A program made the translations under genes and the position numbers. Source: Candidatus Krumholzibacteriia bacterium (GTDB lineage: Bacteria > Krumholzibacteriota > Krumholzibacteriia > Krumholzibacteriales > Krumholzibacteriaceae). From it: a stretch of 64,000 nt of DNA. The notes under the pieces are model-generated. The model saw nothing but the letters and a program-made list of their open reading frames with translations. It ran no database searches and had not been told where the DNA came from. Shown here one piece after another: positions 49,419 through 59,942 of this stretch (within the stretch, counting starts at the first letter, position 1; every line of letters begins with the position of its first letter). The stretch covers positions 72,589 through 136,588 of the forward strand of contig CAVYQN010000001.1 of assembly GCA_963770685.1 (NCBI GenBank), in the 5' to 3' direction.

Positions 49419-52400
49419 ATGAATATAACGGAATTCTCTCTCAAGCGCCCGGTCACCATAATGATGATCTTCGTCTGTTTCGTCGTGATCGGAATCATTT
49501 CCTCGAGGCTTCTGCCGAAGGAATATTTTCCCGAGCTCGACGCGCCGTTCATCTTCGTGGACATCCCCTACCCCGGATCGACACCCGAGGAAATCGAAAA
49601 ACAGATCACGCGACCCGCCGAGGAAGTGCTCGCCACGATAAGCGGGGTGGAAAGGATGAGTTCCAACTCCTACGAAGGAGGCGCGTGGGTCAGGCTCAAC
49701 TTCGCCTGGGGAGTGGACACGGACCTGAAGGCACTTGAAGCGAGGGAGAAACTCGACGGGATCCGCCACCTCTTTCCCGACGATCTCGAAAAATTCTTCA
49801 TCAGAAAATTTTCCACCAGCGACATGCAGATGCTCTCGATGCGCATCTCGAGCAACAGGGACCTGTCCGACTCCTACGACATGCTGGAAAGAAACGTCAA
49901 GCGGAGGCTGGAGAGGATATCCGGCGTTTCGAAGGTCGATCTTTACGGCGTCGAAAAGAAGGAGATCCGGATACAGCTCATCGCCGACAGGATCATCGCG
50001 CACCACATCGATATAAACAGGCTCACCTCCACCCTCACGAGAAGCAATTTTCTGGTGACGGCCGGGAAGATAACCGACAACGGGCAGCGCCTCGTAGTCC
50101 GCCCGATGGGGGAATTCGGCTCGATAGAGGATATCGGCGGGATAGTGGTCGCGGACAACGTCCGTCTCCGGGACATAGCCGAAATATCGCACGGCCATCC
50201 CAAACTCAATTACGGAAGGCATCTCAACCGCAAATACGCGATCGGCCTCGACGTATTCAAGGAATCGGGCGCCAACCTGGTTGAGACCGCCGATCTCGTC
50301 ACCGCCGAAATCAGCGCGATCCGCGAACTTCCCGAAATGGACGGGATCAACATCTTTTATATGGACAACGCGGCCGAGGGTGTCGAGAGCTCGCTCAGCG
50401 AAGTTCTGAAGTCGGGGCTTCTTGGCGGGTTCCTGTCGATACTCGTGCTTTATTTCTTCCTTCGAAGAATCTCTTCGACGCTCATAGTCGCCCTTGCAGT
50501 CCCTCTTTCCATCTACATAACCCTCGCCTTCATGTATTTTTCCGGCATCACGCTCAACATCCTTACCATGATGGGTCTCATGCTGGCGATCGGGATGCTC
50601 GTCGACAACGCGGTCGTCGTCACCGAAAGCATTCAGCGGCACCAGATGAACGGGCTCGACAAACAGATCGCAATCAGGACCGGCGTCAGCGAAGTATCCC
50701 TTGCCATTACGGCCGGGACGCTCACGACCGCCATCGTGTTCCTGCCGAACATAGTGAGCCCGAACAACGATATCTCGATATACCTTAAACATGTCGGAAT
50801 GACGATCTGCATAGCCCTCGGCGTGTCGCTGTTGCTTGCAGAGACGATAGTCCCCCTTTTCGCCACCTGGTTGAAACCCCCCGTGAAATCCGCGAAGGCG
50901 ACTGTCATCGACAGGATGCAGGAAAAATACTGCTGTCTTCTCGAATGGACTATAGCCCACAGAAAAGCGACAGCGGGAATGGTTTTGTTCGTGCTTATCA
51001 GCGTCGCGATTCCCATGAAATTCGTCAAGATGGACATGTTCAACGAGCCGGACGACAGAAGATTCAGGCTTCATTATCATATCAACGACAATTACACCGT
51101 GGAAAAGGTCGAGGAAGCGGTGAATATATTCGAGGATTATCCTTTTTTCGCGGCAGGATGAATTCGAGATAGAATCCGTCTATTCATACTACCAGAGCGA
51201 TTACGCGACGTCCACGGTCGTGCTGAAAAAAGGCAGAGCGGCTAGGACGCCCGGTCGAAAAAATCAAGGAACTCGTTCAGAAGGATCTCCCGAAACTGGC
51301 CATCGCCAATCCGTCTTTCGAATGGCAGAATCCGGGCGGCGGCACCGAATCGATCAGGATTCAGCTCGTCGGGAAATCCAGCGACTACCTCGCGGATCTT
51401 TCCCGGGACGTCGCGTGGACACTTTCCAGGCTTGAGGGATTTTCCGACGTGAGATCGGAGGCTGAAGTCGGCAAGAATGAGGTTCAGGTCGTGGTGGACA
51501 GGGACCTGGCGAGGCAATACGGTTTCTCGTCCCAGGAGGTGGCGACGGTTGTGTCGGCGGCGATGCGCGGAATAAATCTTCGTCATTTCCGTGATGAAGA
51601 CGGCGAGGTCGAGATGCGTCTTGAATTTCAGGACACCGACAAGCAGACCCTCGAACAGCTCAGGAATATTCCCCTGATAAACGACAGGGGACAGCCCGTA
51701 TCGCTCGCCTCTCTCGCCGATTTCACGGTAAGGCGGGGGCCGAACAGCATTCAGAGGGAGAACAGGACCACCTCGATCGGCATCAGCGCCAACCTCCACG
51801 GGATCACGGTGGGTGAAGCCAGGGATAAAATCTCGGCCGTACTCGATAACTTCCGGTTTCCGGCCGGATACAAATGGAATTACGGCGAAGAATTCGATTA
51901 CGAGAAGGAAGCCCTTCAAACGATGCTTATCAACCTGGCCCTGGCCCTCGCCCTCATCTATTTCGTCATGGCCTCGCTTTTCGAATCCGTCGTTTTCCCC
52001 GCCGCCATCTGGACCCAGATCCTCTTCGCCATCGTCGGGGTATACTGGTTTTTCCTCCTCACCGGCACGAAGATGTCCCTCATGGGGATGATAGGCATTC
52101 TCATCCTCATCGGGGTCGTGGTCAACAACGGGATCGTGCTCGTCGACTATATAAACCACCTCCGCGCCAAGGGCCTCAACCGGTCGGAAGCCATAATCCA
52201 GGCGGGGCGGGACCGCCTCAGGCCAATCCTTATGACCGCCGGCACCACCGTTCTTAGCCTTGTCCCTCTCTGCGTCGTGGGGACGCAGATCGGCGGGGAC
52301 GGCCCCCCCTATTTCCCGATGGCGAGGGCCATAGTGGGCGGGCTTGTATTCTCCACGATCGTGACTCTGCTCATTCTTCCGAATATCTACATCGAGCTCG

Positions 52401-52453
52401 ATGACATGAGGAAGTGGTCGTATCGCGTCGCGCACGCTGCTAGGCGGTCATGA
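49419..52453 (+). pseudogene. RND efflux permease 2 (AcrB/MdtB/C family), frame interrupted (fragments 49419-51161, about 51124-51245, 51227-52453)
   Basis: MNITEFSLKRPVTIMMIFVCFVVIG start. MLAIGMLVDNAVVVTESI and LIGVVVNNGIVLVDYI. Shifts in the T6 run at 51141-51148 (...NIFEDY / LFSRQDEFEIESVYSYYQSDY...) and the A6 run at 51226-51231 (...STVVLKK / ...GRPVEKIKELVQKDLPKLAIANPSFEW...). Confidence 0.85.
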
Positions 52454-53707
52454 CAACACGGGCAGAAACGCGGCCGCGTCCCTTATGACCAGAATATCAT
52501 CGCTACGCAACCCATCGATGAGATACCTGGTATAATCCTCGCGCCAAGGGCAAAATCCGAATCTTGCGAGGTTGGAATCGGCGAGAAAAGAGAGCATGTA
52601 AATCGAGAGGCGCCCGGTCAGATCGTAGGTCGACATGGCCGCCTGCGAGTTGAGCGTGTATTTCGAGCTTACCCTTCCCGGAACGGCGTCGCGGCCCTCC
52701 AGGAAGGCGTCATCGTACGAATCCGAACCTATCCCTTCGGAACAGGCCGCGGCTATCATCAGAACGCCGCCGTGATCCACCGCCTCGGCGGCGTGGCGAA
52801 CGGCCTTGTGGCTCTGCAGAAGGTTGATGTCCTTCGGCGCTCCCCCCGCCGAAGCCAGCACGGCCTTGTAAGGCCGGGTTATCTCGAAGGAATATTTTCC
52901 CCTGTACCAGTCCACTGCCGCGCGGTGGGAGCGTTCAAGATCGCCCGCGTTGATGAATACGAGCCTCCCGTCCCGATCGAAGACCGCGTTCAGCATGAAG
53001 ACGGGGGCCGGGAGAAGCCTGGCGCCTTCGAGCATGTCCTCATGGACGGGGTTTCCGGCGATGTTGGCGGGCCTGCATCCTTCCGCCAGCCCGTCCCCTG
53101 CATCCTTGAGAAGCGAAAGCCTGTGGTTGGCGATTATCGTGCTTTCTGAAGAGATCCCCGGCAGTATCAGCTTCCTTCCTCCTCCGAATCCCGCGAAGTA
53201 ATGGAAGGATACCGTTCCGAGGCCGATGACGAGGGATGAATCGGCGACGCGCTCGTTGAACAGGCAGGTCGTGCCCGCTGAGGTCACCCCCGCTTCCACG
53301 AAGGATCCGTTGATCGCGTCGTGTTCGTCGATTCTGTATCGCGATACCGTCCCGGGGCCCAGATATCCCGCCAGTTCCTCCGGCGTGTGCCTTCTGTGCA
53401 TCCCCGCGGCGAGGAAGATCTCGATCCTTTTCGGGTCCACTCCGAGATCGAGAAGGCGATCGAGAAGCAGATCGAGGACCGCTCCGGCGGCTCCGCCCCT
53501 GGTTATGTCGGAAATCAGCACGCTGATGCGGCCGGTTCCCTGCAGCAGCCCGGGAAGAGGTTGACTCTGCACAGGAGTCATGATGGCGGAGGACAATTCC
53601 TCCCCCGGATTCGCCAGCGCGGGAGGGTGCGCCCAGCCCTCCACCCTGACGTCGCATGGAAGCTCAAGATCGAATGATGTGCCGCCGTAAGGTAGCTTGA
53701 TTTTCAC
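52448..53707 (-). CDS. larA: LarA-family (nickel-pincer dependent lactate racemase-like, DUF2088) protein
   Basis: 419-aa ORF. VLISDITR, HRRHT, VSFHYFAGFGGGRKLILPGI, GNPVHEDM. Family assignment is from motif memory. Confidence 0.65.
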   Translation of the reverse strand: MKIKLPYGGTSFDLELPCDVRVEGWAHPPALANPGEELSSAIMTPVQSQPLPGLLQGTGRISVLISDITRGGAAGAVLDLLLDRLLDLGVDPKRIEIFLAAGMHRRHTPEELAGYLGPGTVSRYRIDEHDAINGSFVEAGVTSAGTTCLFNERVADSSLVIGLGTVSFHYFAGFGGGRKLILPGISSESTIIANHRLSLLKDAGDGLAEGCRPANIAGNPVHEDMLEGARLLPAPVFMLNAVFDRDGRLVFINAGDLERSHRAAVDWYRGKYSFEITRPYKAVLASAGGAPKDINLLQSHKAVRHAAEAVDHGGVLMIAAACSEGIGSDSYDDAFLEGRDAVPGRVSSKYTLNSQAAMSTYDLTGRLSIYMLSFLADSNLARFGFCPWREDYTRYLIDGLRSDDILVIRDAAAFLPVLS

Positions 53708-53732
53708 TGCGGTTCCGCCACGGGCGCGATCG

Positions 53733-54680
53733 TCAATCAGGCATTATATGGGTGCCCGCTCTCCCCTCGCACGCGTCGAGGAACCTCACGGCATGCGATA
53801 TGATGGCCTCTTGCCCCCCCGAAGCGACGAAATCGATGGCCGACCTGATCTTCGGCCCCATGCTTCCGGCGGGAAATTCGTAGTTCTCGTAAAGTTTCCG
53901 GATCTCGGACAACCGGATATTCCTTATCGGCTCCTGTCCTTCCTTGCCGAAATTCCTGTAAACCTCCTCGACGTTGGTAAGGATGATGAGCCTTTCGGCG
54001 TTTATGCCTTCCGCGAGCACGGACGCGGCCCGATCCTTGTCTATGACCGCTTCGACTCCGCGGAGCATCCCCTTGTCGCGAATCACCGGGATTCCCCCGC
54101 CCCCCACGGCTATGACTATCGTGCCTGTTTCAAGCAGGGTGGAAATGGTCTTCGATTCCACGATCTCTTTCGGAGTGGGGCTTGGAACCACGCGCCTGAA
54201 GCCCCTGCCCGCGGAATCCTCTTTCACGACCCATCCCTTAGATTCGACAAGGACGGCCGATTCCTCGCGTGTATAGAAGGGCCCTATCGGTTTCGTGGGC
54301 TTCTGAAAAGCGTCGTCGTGCTCGTCCACCACGACCTGCGATACCAGGGCGACGACCTGCCTGTCGATGCCGCGAGCGGCCAGTTCGTTTTTCAGTATCT
54401 GCTGAATCATGTACCCGATGCCGCCCTGCGAATCGGCTCCGCAAATGTCGAGCGGCATGGGAGGGATCCTGTCCTTGACCGCCTCGTTCCTTTCGAGAAT
54501 GTTGCCGACGATCGGACCGTTTCCGTGCGTGATTATTATCTTTCTTCCCGTCGCGACAAGATCGGCGACCTGGCCCATCGTCTCCGCGGTCACCTGTCTC
54601 TGCTCTTCGATTGTGCCGTCGCCGTCGGCCGGGATTATCGCGTTACCGCCCAGCGCGACGACATCGATGCCGTTTACCAA
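53733..54680 (-). CDS. arcC: Carbamate kinase
   Basis: Start taken at a TTG after SD GGAGG (LVNGIDVVALGGNAI...); the ORF track extends to 54725. ITHGNGPIVG, GADSQGGIGY, AVGGGGIPV, IDKDRAAS. Confidence 0.85.
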   Translation of the reverse strand: MVNGIDVVALGGNAIIPADGDGTIEEQRQVTAETMGQVADLVATGRKIIITHGNGPIVGNILERNEAVKDRIPPMPLDICGADSQGGIGYMIQQILKNELAARGIDRQVVALVSQVVVDEHDDAFQKPTKPIGPFYTREESAVLVESKGWVVKEDSAGRGFRRVVPSPTPKEIVESKTISTLLETGTIVIAVGGGGIPVIRDKGMLRGVEAVIDKDRAASVLAEGINAERLIILTNVEEVYRNFGKEGQEPIRNIRLSEIRKLYENYEFPAGSMGPKIRSAIDFVASGGQEAIISHAVRFLDACEGRAGTHIMPD

Positions 54681-54755
54681 AACTACCTCCAGAAAGCATT
54701 TCCCCTGGTGGAAGCTTCCTTCCACCAGGGGTTTCAGCGTGATTTTAAAATATTA

Positions 54756-55908
54756 TCACAGCGCCTTGCTGATCTTGTCGAGCGCTTTCCTGAGGTTCGC
54801 CTGTGAGTTCGCGTACGAGAACCTCAGGTAACCCTCTCCGTATTTCCCGAAACTCGTTCCGCTCAGGCCGGCCACTCCGGCTTTGTCGAGCAGGAATTCC
54901 TCGATCTGTTTCGATTTCATGCCTGTTCCGGTTATGTTCGGGAAGACGTAGAACGCGCCGCTCGGCTTCAGGCACTTGAACCCGGGAATCTTGTTCAGCC
55001 CTTCGACGAACATGTCCCTCCTCGTCTTGAACTCGGCCATCATCCTGATGGAAGCGTCCTGCGGTCCGGTCAGCGCTTCGACGCCGGCCATCTGCGTGAA
55101 GCTCGAAGTGCAGGAATTGCTGTTCGTCTGAAGCTTGGAAATCTGCGCCGCGAGCTCGACCGGCATCGCCGCATAGCCGAGGCGCCATCCCGTCATGGCG
55201 TAGGTTTTCGAATGGCCCTCGAGAAGGATCGTCCTGTCCATCACTTCGGGATAATCGTATATGCTGACATGCTTGCCGTCGTAGACCATCTTGCTGTAGA
55301 CCTCGTCGCTCAGAATCCATGCGTCGTGCTTTTTCGCGAGCTCGGCGATGCCCTGCATGTCCTTCGCGGTCAGGACTCCGCCCGTGGGATTGTGAGGGGT
55401 GTTCACGATGATCAGTTTCGTCTCTGTCGTTGACGAGCTGCTTCATCTCCTCCAGGTCGAAGGAGAAGGCCTTCTCCTCCCTCAGCGGTATGGGAACCGG
55501 TTTCGCCCCCACGAAATTGATGACCGATTCGTATATGGGAAATCCCGGATTCGGGTATATTACCTCGTCCCCCTTGTTGACGAGCGCGAGGATGGAAAAG
55601 AAGAGAATGGGCTTGGCTCCGGGCGTTATCACGATGTTCTCCGCTTTGACCTCGACGCCCCGGTCCTTCGTAAGGAACTCGGCGAATACCTTCCTTACCT
55701 CGGGCATCCCCGCCGATGGCCCATAGTGGGTATATCCGCTGTTCAGGGCCTTTATCGCGGCGTCTATGATATTTCTGGGCGTATCGAAATCGGGTTCGCC
55801 TATCTCCAGATGGACGATATCCCTTCCGGCGGCCTCCATGGCCTTGGCCCTGGCGAGCACTTCGAAAGCCGTCTCCGTGCCCAGCCTGCTCATCCTTTCA
55901 GCCAGCAT
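54756..55908 (-). pseudogene. Class I/II pyridoxal-phosphate aminotransferase (aspartate aminotransferase-like), frame interrupted (fragments 55410-55908 and 54756-55406)
   Basis: MLAERMSRLGTETAFEVLARAKAMEAAGRDIVHLEIGEPDFDTP... A one-base shift at about 55421-55425 joins ...LVNDR to TKLIIVNTPHNPTGGVL... PLP-lysine context HSKTYAMTGWRLGY. Confidence 0.85.
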
Positions 55909-55978
55909 TATAACTCCTTTTTATTAAATAAACCGACCTGCCCCGGCAATCGTAAAGTCACCCGGGATCATTACCTGC

Positions 55979-56007
55979 ATATTACGGTTCGGGGGCCCTT
56001 TTGTCAA
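55979..56007 (-). promoter_or_regulatory. Candidate sigma70 promoter for the aminotransferase-arcC operon
   Basis: Minus strand reads TTGACA (56007-56002), 17 nt, TAATAT (55984-55979). About 70-nt leader, with SD AAAGGAG before the ATG at 55908. Confidence 0.55.
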
Positions 56008-56123
56008 TAGCGCTGAACGTAGGGATCATGAGGCATCTTCTGAGGAGTCAACGTAATTTGCGGGGGTTTGCGGATCGTCGGCAAGGCGCCGCTGATCGGG
56101 GCTTTCCCCCGGGGCATGGATGA

Positions 56124-57080
56124 TCAGGAACCCGATCTGAGATACCGGTCGATCTCGCGCCTGACCTCTTCCCTGACCTGCGAACCGCCCTTCTGGGAGA
56201 GCTTGACGAGGGTCATCTTGTCGATATAGCGGATGTGCATGAATTTTCTTATCGTCGTCAACGGTATCCTGGCCGGGCTCATGACCAGATTCAAAGGAAC
56301 GGTCTTGTTGTTGAAACCGGTATAGAGATCCCTCCGGTTGGCGATCATCGAGAGTATCCTGAGGGACCTGCACCGCTGGGCTATAAGCGCGACGAGCCCC
56401 GGCTGATTCGTGGCCTTCGGGTTGTTCAGCATCTGCGTGAGGAAACTGTCGTTATCCAGATATGACATTACAAGAGACTTATAACTCAATTTCTTGCCTT
56501 GGCTTATTTCCATCCAGTCCACGTCGGCGGGGAGATCGTCTTCGAGGAAATATGACGTGTCGACGGCGGAGAAATCGATCGAAAGGATCCTGTCTTCGAT
56601 GCTGAATCCCAGGTTCTCCTCGATTCCGGGAAGTTTCCTGCCCGCGTTCATAAGAAGATCCAGTTTTCCCCCGCCCGAAGATTCCACGAGCGTATGGACG
56701 CAACTGAGAATATCGGGAGCCTTGCCGGATTTGTTCACACCTGGATGCATCATGAGGGCCCTTAGGATGGCCGCTCCATTCCTTATCTGCGGATACGTAT
56801 GCGCTTTCTGCAACTGATTCTCGAGAATGTCGGCCATAAGGCCGCCTGCGCCCGTTTCCCGAAGGGAGGCGATCATGCGGTCCCACTGAAATCCCAGGGC
56901 CGCCTTTAAAATCATCATGGAACTGCCCCGTTTACCGGCCGTTTCCTCCAGCACCGTCTTCTTCCATTTTATCTCCTCGTTCAGAGACACGAGCGATACG
57001 GTGAGCCTTTCCCTCCTGTCGGGATCGAGGGACAGCAGTATATCCCTTATCCTGTGCTGCTTCGCGTCCAGTTCCACCAT
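56124..57080 (-). CDS. Hypothetical protein (helical-repeat-like), no family recognised
   Basis: 318-aa ORF with ordinary, non-shadow composition and no signal peptide. May be fused to the upstream ORF (see findings). Confidence 0.5.
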   Translation of the reverse strand: MVELDAKQHRIRDILLSLDPDRRERLTVSLVSLNEEIKWKKTVLEETAGKRGSSMMILKAALGFQWDRMIASLRETGAGGLMADILENQLQKAHTYPQIRNGAAILRALMMHPGVNKSGKAPDILSCVHTLVESSGGGKLDLLMNAGRKLPGIEENLGFSIEDRILSIDFSAVDTSYFLEDDLPADVDWMEISQGKKLSYKSLVMSYLDNDSFLTQMLNNPKATNQPGLVALIAQRCRSLRILSMIANRRDLYTGFNNKTVPLNLVMSPARIPLTTIRKFMHIRYIDKMTLVKLSQKGGSQVREEVRREIDRYLRSGS

Positions 57081-57114
57081 CGCCCTGCCGACGATCGCCT
57101 CGTTCCATCTGTCG

Positions 57115-57663
57115 TCAGGATCGGCTATCGCCTTCCTGACTCCTTCGCTCCATGAAAGCCATGGCGCCCGCGGATCCAGGACGCGGCATATCGGGCAACG
57201 GAAGCGAACTTGATAGAAGGATCACCTTTTTGTGGAACCAGTCGTCGTTCTCATCGACAGGCGCGCCGGAGGCGATCCGCCTTTCGATCTTCGCCATGAC
57301 CCTGCTTGTGCTGTGGAAATCGACAATCTCCTCCATAAATCTCTCCAGGGAGGGTATGGCCGCGAGGAGCGCGTACACGAGCCTGATGGCTCCCGGTTCC
57401 TCCATGAGCGCCATGGCGGCTATGGTCATTATGTCGACGTGCGGTTCTTCGGAAACAGACAGGAAAGTCGCCAGCTCTTTCGAGAGCCCGTAAATGTTGC
57501 GCGGCGAAGCCGCGAGGCCGGCCAGGGACTGCTTCCCCTTCGCGGAAGCCAGAATATTGACGAGGTCCCCCTTGTATTCTGAAAAGACCATTTCCGGGGG
57601 AAAGGGTACGATCTTCCCGCCGGTCTCGCTGGTTTCGTATGTGATTGTGCGAATGTCGTTCAT
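57115..57663 (-). CDS. Hypothetical protein, no family recognised
   Basis: 182-aa ORF (MNDIRTITYETSETGGKIVPFPPEMVFSEYKG...). The last roughly 35 codons are low-complexity and may be out of frame. Confidence 0.5.
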   Translation of the reverse strand: MNDIRTITYETSETGGKIVPFPPEMVFSEYKGDLVNILASAKGKQSLAGLAASPRNIYGLSKELATFLSVSEEPHVDIMTIAAMALMEEPGAIRLVYALLAAIPSLERFMEEIVDFHSTSRVMAKIERRIASGAPVDENDDWFHKKVILLSSSLPLPDMPRPGSAGAMAFMERRSQEGDSRS

Positions 57664-57710
57664 AACACTTTGAAACGCTGCATTAATGGGTCCAATTAAC
57701 CCCCTGACGA

Positions 57711-59181
57711 TCAGAATTCGAAAAGAATCTGCATATCCAGGCCGTACCCATCGCTGGTATCGATTATGCCCCTGCCGCCCGTTTTCACGCCCTTCCAGAG
57801 GATCTCTCCCATGATTACGGTCCTACCTCCCCTTCCGCCGAGATATTTCCACGGATACCCTCCCTTTGTGACGGGCTCGTAGCAGTAGAATCCCTCACTG
57901 CCCCTGAACGACCTGTACCAGGCGAATGAGATATCCAGCCGCGAACGGCCCGACTCGGTTTTCAGAGCGACCGCGGGGCTGATAAGGAACCCGGAGGACT
58001 CGTCGGACGAGGGATATTGGGCCGAAAGGCGCCATCTCCTTCCAGACGGCCCCGATCTTATCAGAATTTTCAATTCCCGGCTCCTCGATGAAGAGGGTTC
58101 CTCCAACGGAGGGAAAGGGATCGTGGGGATATCTAAATCCTCCCTGCCGGTCCAGTCGATCCTCATCTCTATCCCTCTTCGGCGGGCCGAAATGCCGGCT
58201 CTCGACGTGTTCCTCATCCGCCGGCAATCCTCCTCTTCGAACAGGTCGTGGGCGAAGGCATAGCGCAATTTCAGCCCTCGTGCGATCTTTCGATCCAGGA
58301 CGAGTGACAACCCCCGCCTCTCGATGCATGAATTCACCCTTCCTCCGGGAAGATCGCCGGACGACTCGAGCCTCATCCGCGGCGCGGCGTACACCGCGAG
58401 GCCCGCGTTCACCGGCGCGTCCCTGGTCGTGACGCCGCACATCACGGCAAGGGCCTGCCCCGGGCCGCAGGATATTTCGGCGGCCAACTTCGTTTTTCCG
58501 GTCATCCTTCGCCCATCGAGCCCCGCCATCAGGCGTCCCTCCGAATTCCACACCGTCATCCCCGCTTCAATGATCGGCGTCTTTCGCAGCCAGCCTGATC
58601 CCCGAGATGCAATTCTCTTCAGGGACAAACTCACCCTCACTCCATCTGCCCGGCTTCGCGAGGAAACACAGTATATCGAGCCCCGCGACACGCGCGTTAG
58701 CCGCTCCGCCGAAAAACGGCCTCCCGTAGAAAGAGGTTCGCCCGACGATTGTCCGCGGCTTCCTGATAGGGTATCCCGAAGCGAAGGGATATGTGATGGA
58801 ATAACCGGCGAAGGAGAGCCCCATCGCGAGATCGGGCAGGAAATATCCGACGTCGCATCCGGCCTTCCCCGACGGCGCCCTCCAGCGCGCGTGATACGAG
58901 AAACGTTCACCCTCCCCGATGGGTTCCAGCCTGCCTCTGAAATAGATTCGTTTCCCGTCAAAGACGTATTGCAGCGAAGGGAGAAACCGCTCTTCCTCTT
59001 CAAGATCCCTCCATGTGAGAACGAGCATCGACGGCGGCTCCTCAAGGGCGCTGTCCATGTCGTACTGAAGCAGGTCCGGAGGAGAGACGATGGAGCCTTC
59101 CCCCTCCGCCGCCCGGAGCGTGGCGGAGGCCGCGTAGGGAAGAATCGCCGACGCCAGAAGGATCGCCCTGATGATCGTCAT
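57711..59181 (-). pseudogene. Secreted outer-membrane beta-barrel candidate, frame interrupted (fragments 58567-59181 and 57711 to about 58590)
   Basis: Signal peptide MTIIRAILLASAILPYAASA. A shift at about 58577-58583 joins ...ISGIRLAAKD to ...IIEAGMTVWNSEGRLMAG... Amphipathic strand pattern (LKLRYAFAHDLF, RLDISFAWYRS, GYGLDMQILFEF) with a C-terminal Phe. The ATG overlaps the upstream stop (ATGA at 59178-59181). Confidence 0.6.
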
Positions 59182-59942
59182 CTCCAGATCCTTTCAACAA
59201 GCGCCGAGAAGGTATTTCCAAGGACGGGGTGGCTTTCCCATGAAAAGCAGATATTCAGGCTTTTCCCCGAGGAATGAAGGCCTGCGGATATTATCTCCGG
59301 GCCCGGCCTGTAACCGAGCAGAAGGGACGCGCCGGCCGCCGCCGGGATGCTCGCGCCGAAACGGTTTTCCGCCCCGCCGTCGATTGACACGATCCGGTTA
59401 AACGACAGGCGAAGGCCTCCGGCAACGACCGCCGCCCTCACACGGAAATCGTCGCGCCCGCAGCGGGCGTCTTGGCAAATCAGGCGATCGACCTGGAGGG
59501 CTGCCCCCTTGAAGAATATCTCCATGGCGGCGGCCGCGAGACCATCGTGCTCGGCCGGGGCGCCCTCGACCCTCCTTCTTGTCATCTCTCCGCGGCACCC
59601 TATCGCCAGGAAACGGCCCGCCGCCACCAGCGCGGTTTCAATGGAGAACCTGTCCTCGCGGTAGAGATCATGGCTCAGGGCGCCCCATGAAGCCGATAGC
59701 CACTTCCCCTTCCCGTGGATATCGAGGGCCACCTTCGAGGCGGCGAGCCCTTCGATCGAATACGGGGCGGAACGGGAGGCCGCGACGGCTGTGTATCGAT
59801 CCTCCCATGTCATCGCGCAGCATGGATGGATCCCGCCCGGCATGACCGTGCCACCCATCCCGCTCGTGCGGCTGTCCTGGTGTTCGAACGCATTCGAAGC
59901 CTGCCCTGACAGGACAATGACGGCCGCACAGCAAAATATCAT
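59178..59942 (-). CDS. Secreted beta-rich protein (possible small outer-membrane barrel)
   Basis: Start at MIFCCAAVIVLSGQASNA (ATG 59942-59940 overlapping the upstream TGA, ATGA). 254 aa. The N-terminal ...DSRTSGMGGT motif vaguely recalls PorQ/PorV-type barrels; that link is low confidence. Confidence 0.5.
   Translation of the reverse strand: MIFCCAAVIVLSGQASNAFEHQDSRTSGMGGTVMPGGIHPCCAMTWEDRYTAVAASRSAPYSIEGLAASKVALDIHGKGKWLSASWGALSHDLYREDRFSIETALVAAGRFLAIGCRGEMTRRRVEGAPAEHDGLAAAAMEIFFKGAALQVDRLICQDARCGRDDFRVRAAVVAGGLRLSFNRIVSIDGGAENRFGASIPAAAGASLLLGYRPGPEIISAGLHSSGKSLNICFSWESHPVLGNTFSALVERIWR

Noticed and set aside
48540-51080. An 846-aa ORF on the minus strand, the longest single ORF in this part of the window.
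   Set aside because: It lies antisense to the two RND permease genes. Its composition is the Arg/Asp/Gly/His-rich pattern of a GC-rich shadow frame, with no TM segments or motifs. The plus strand encodes unmistakable RND sequence.
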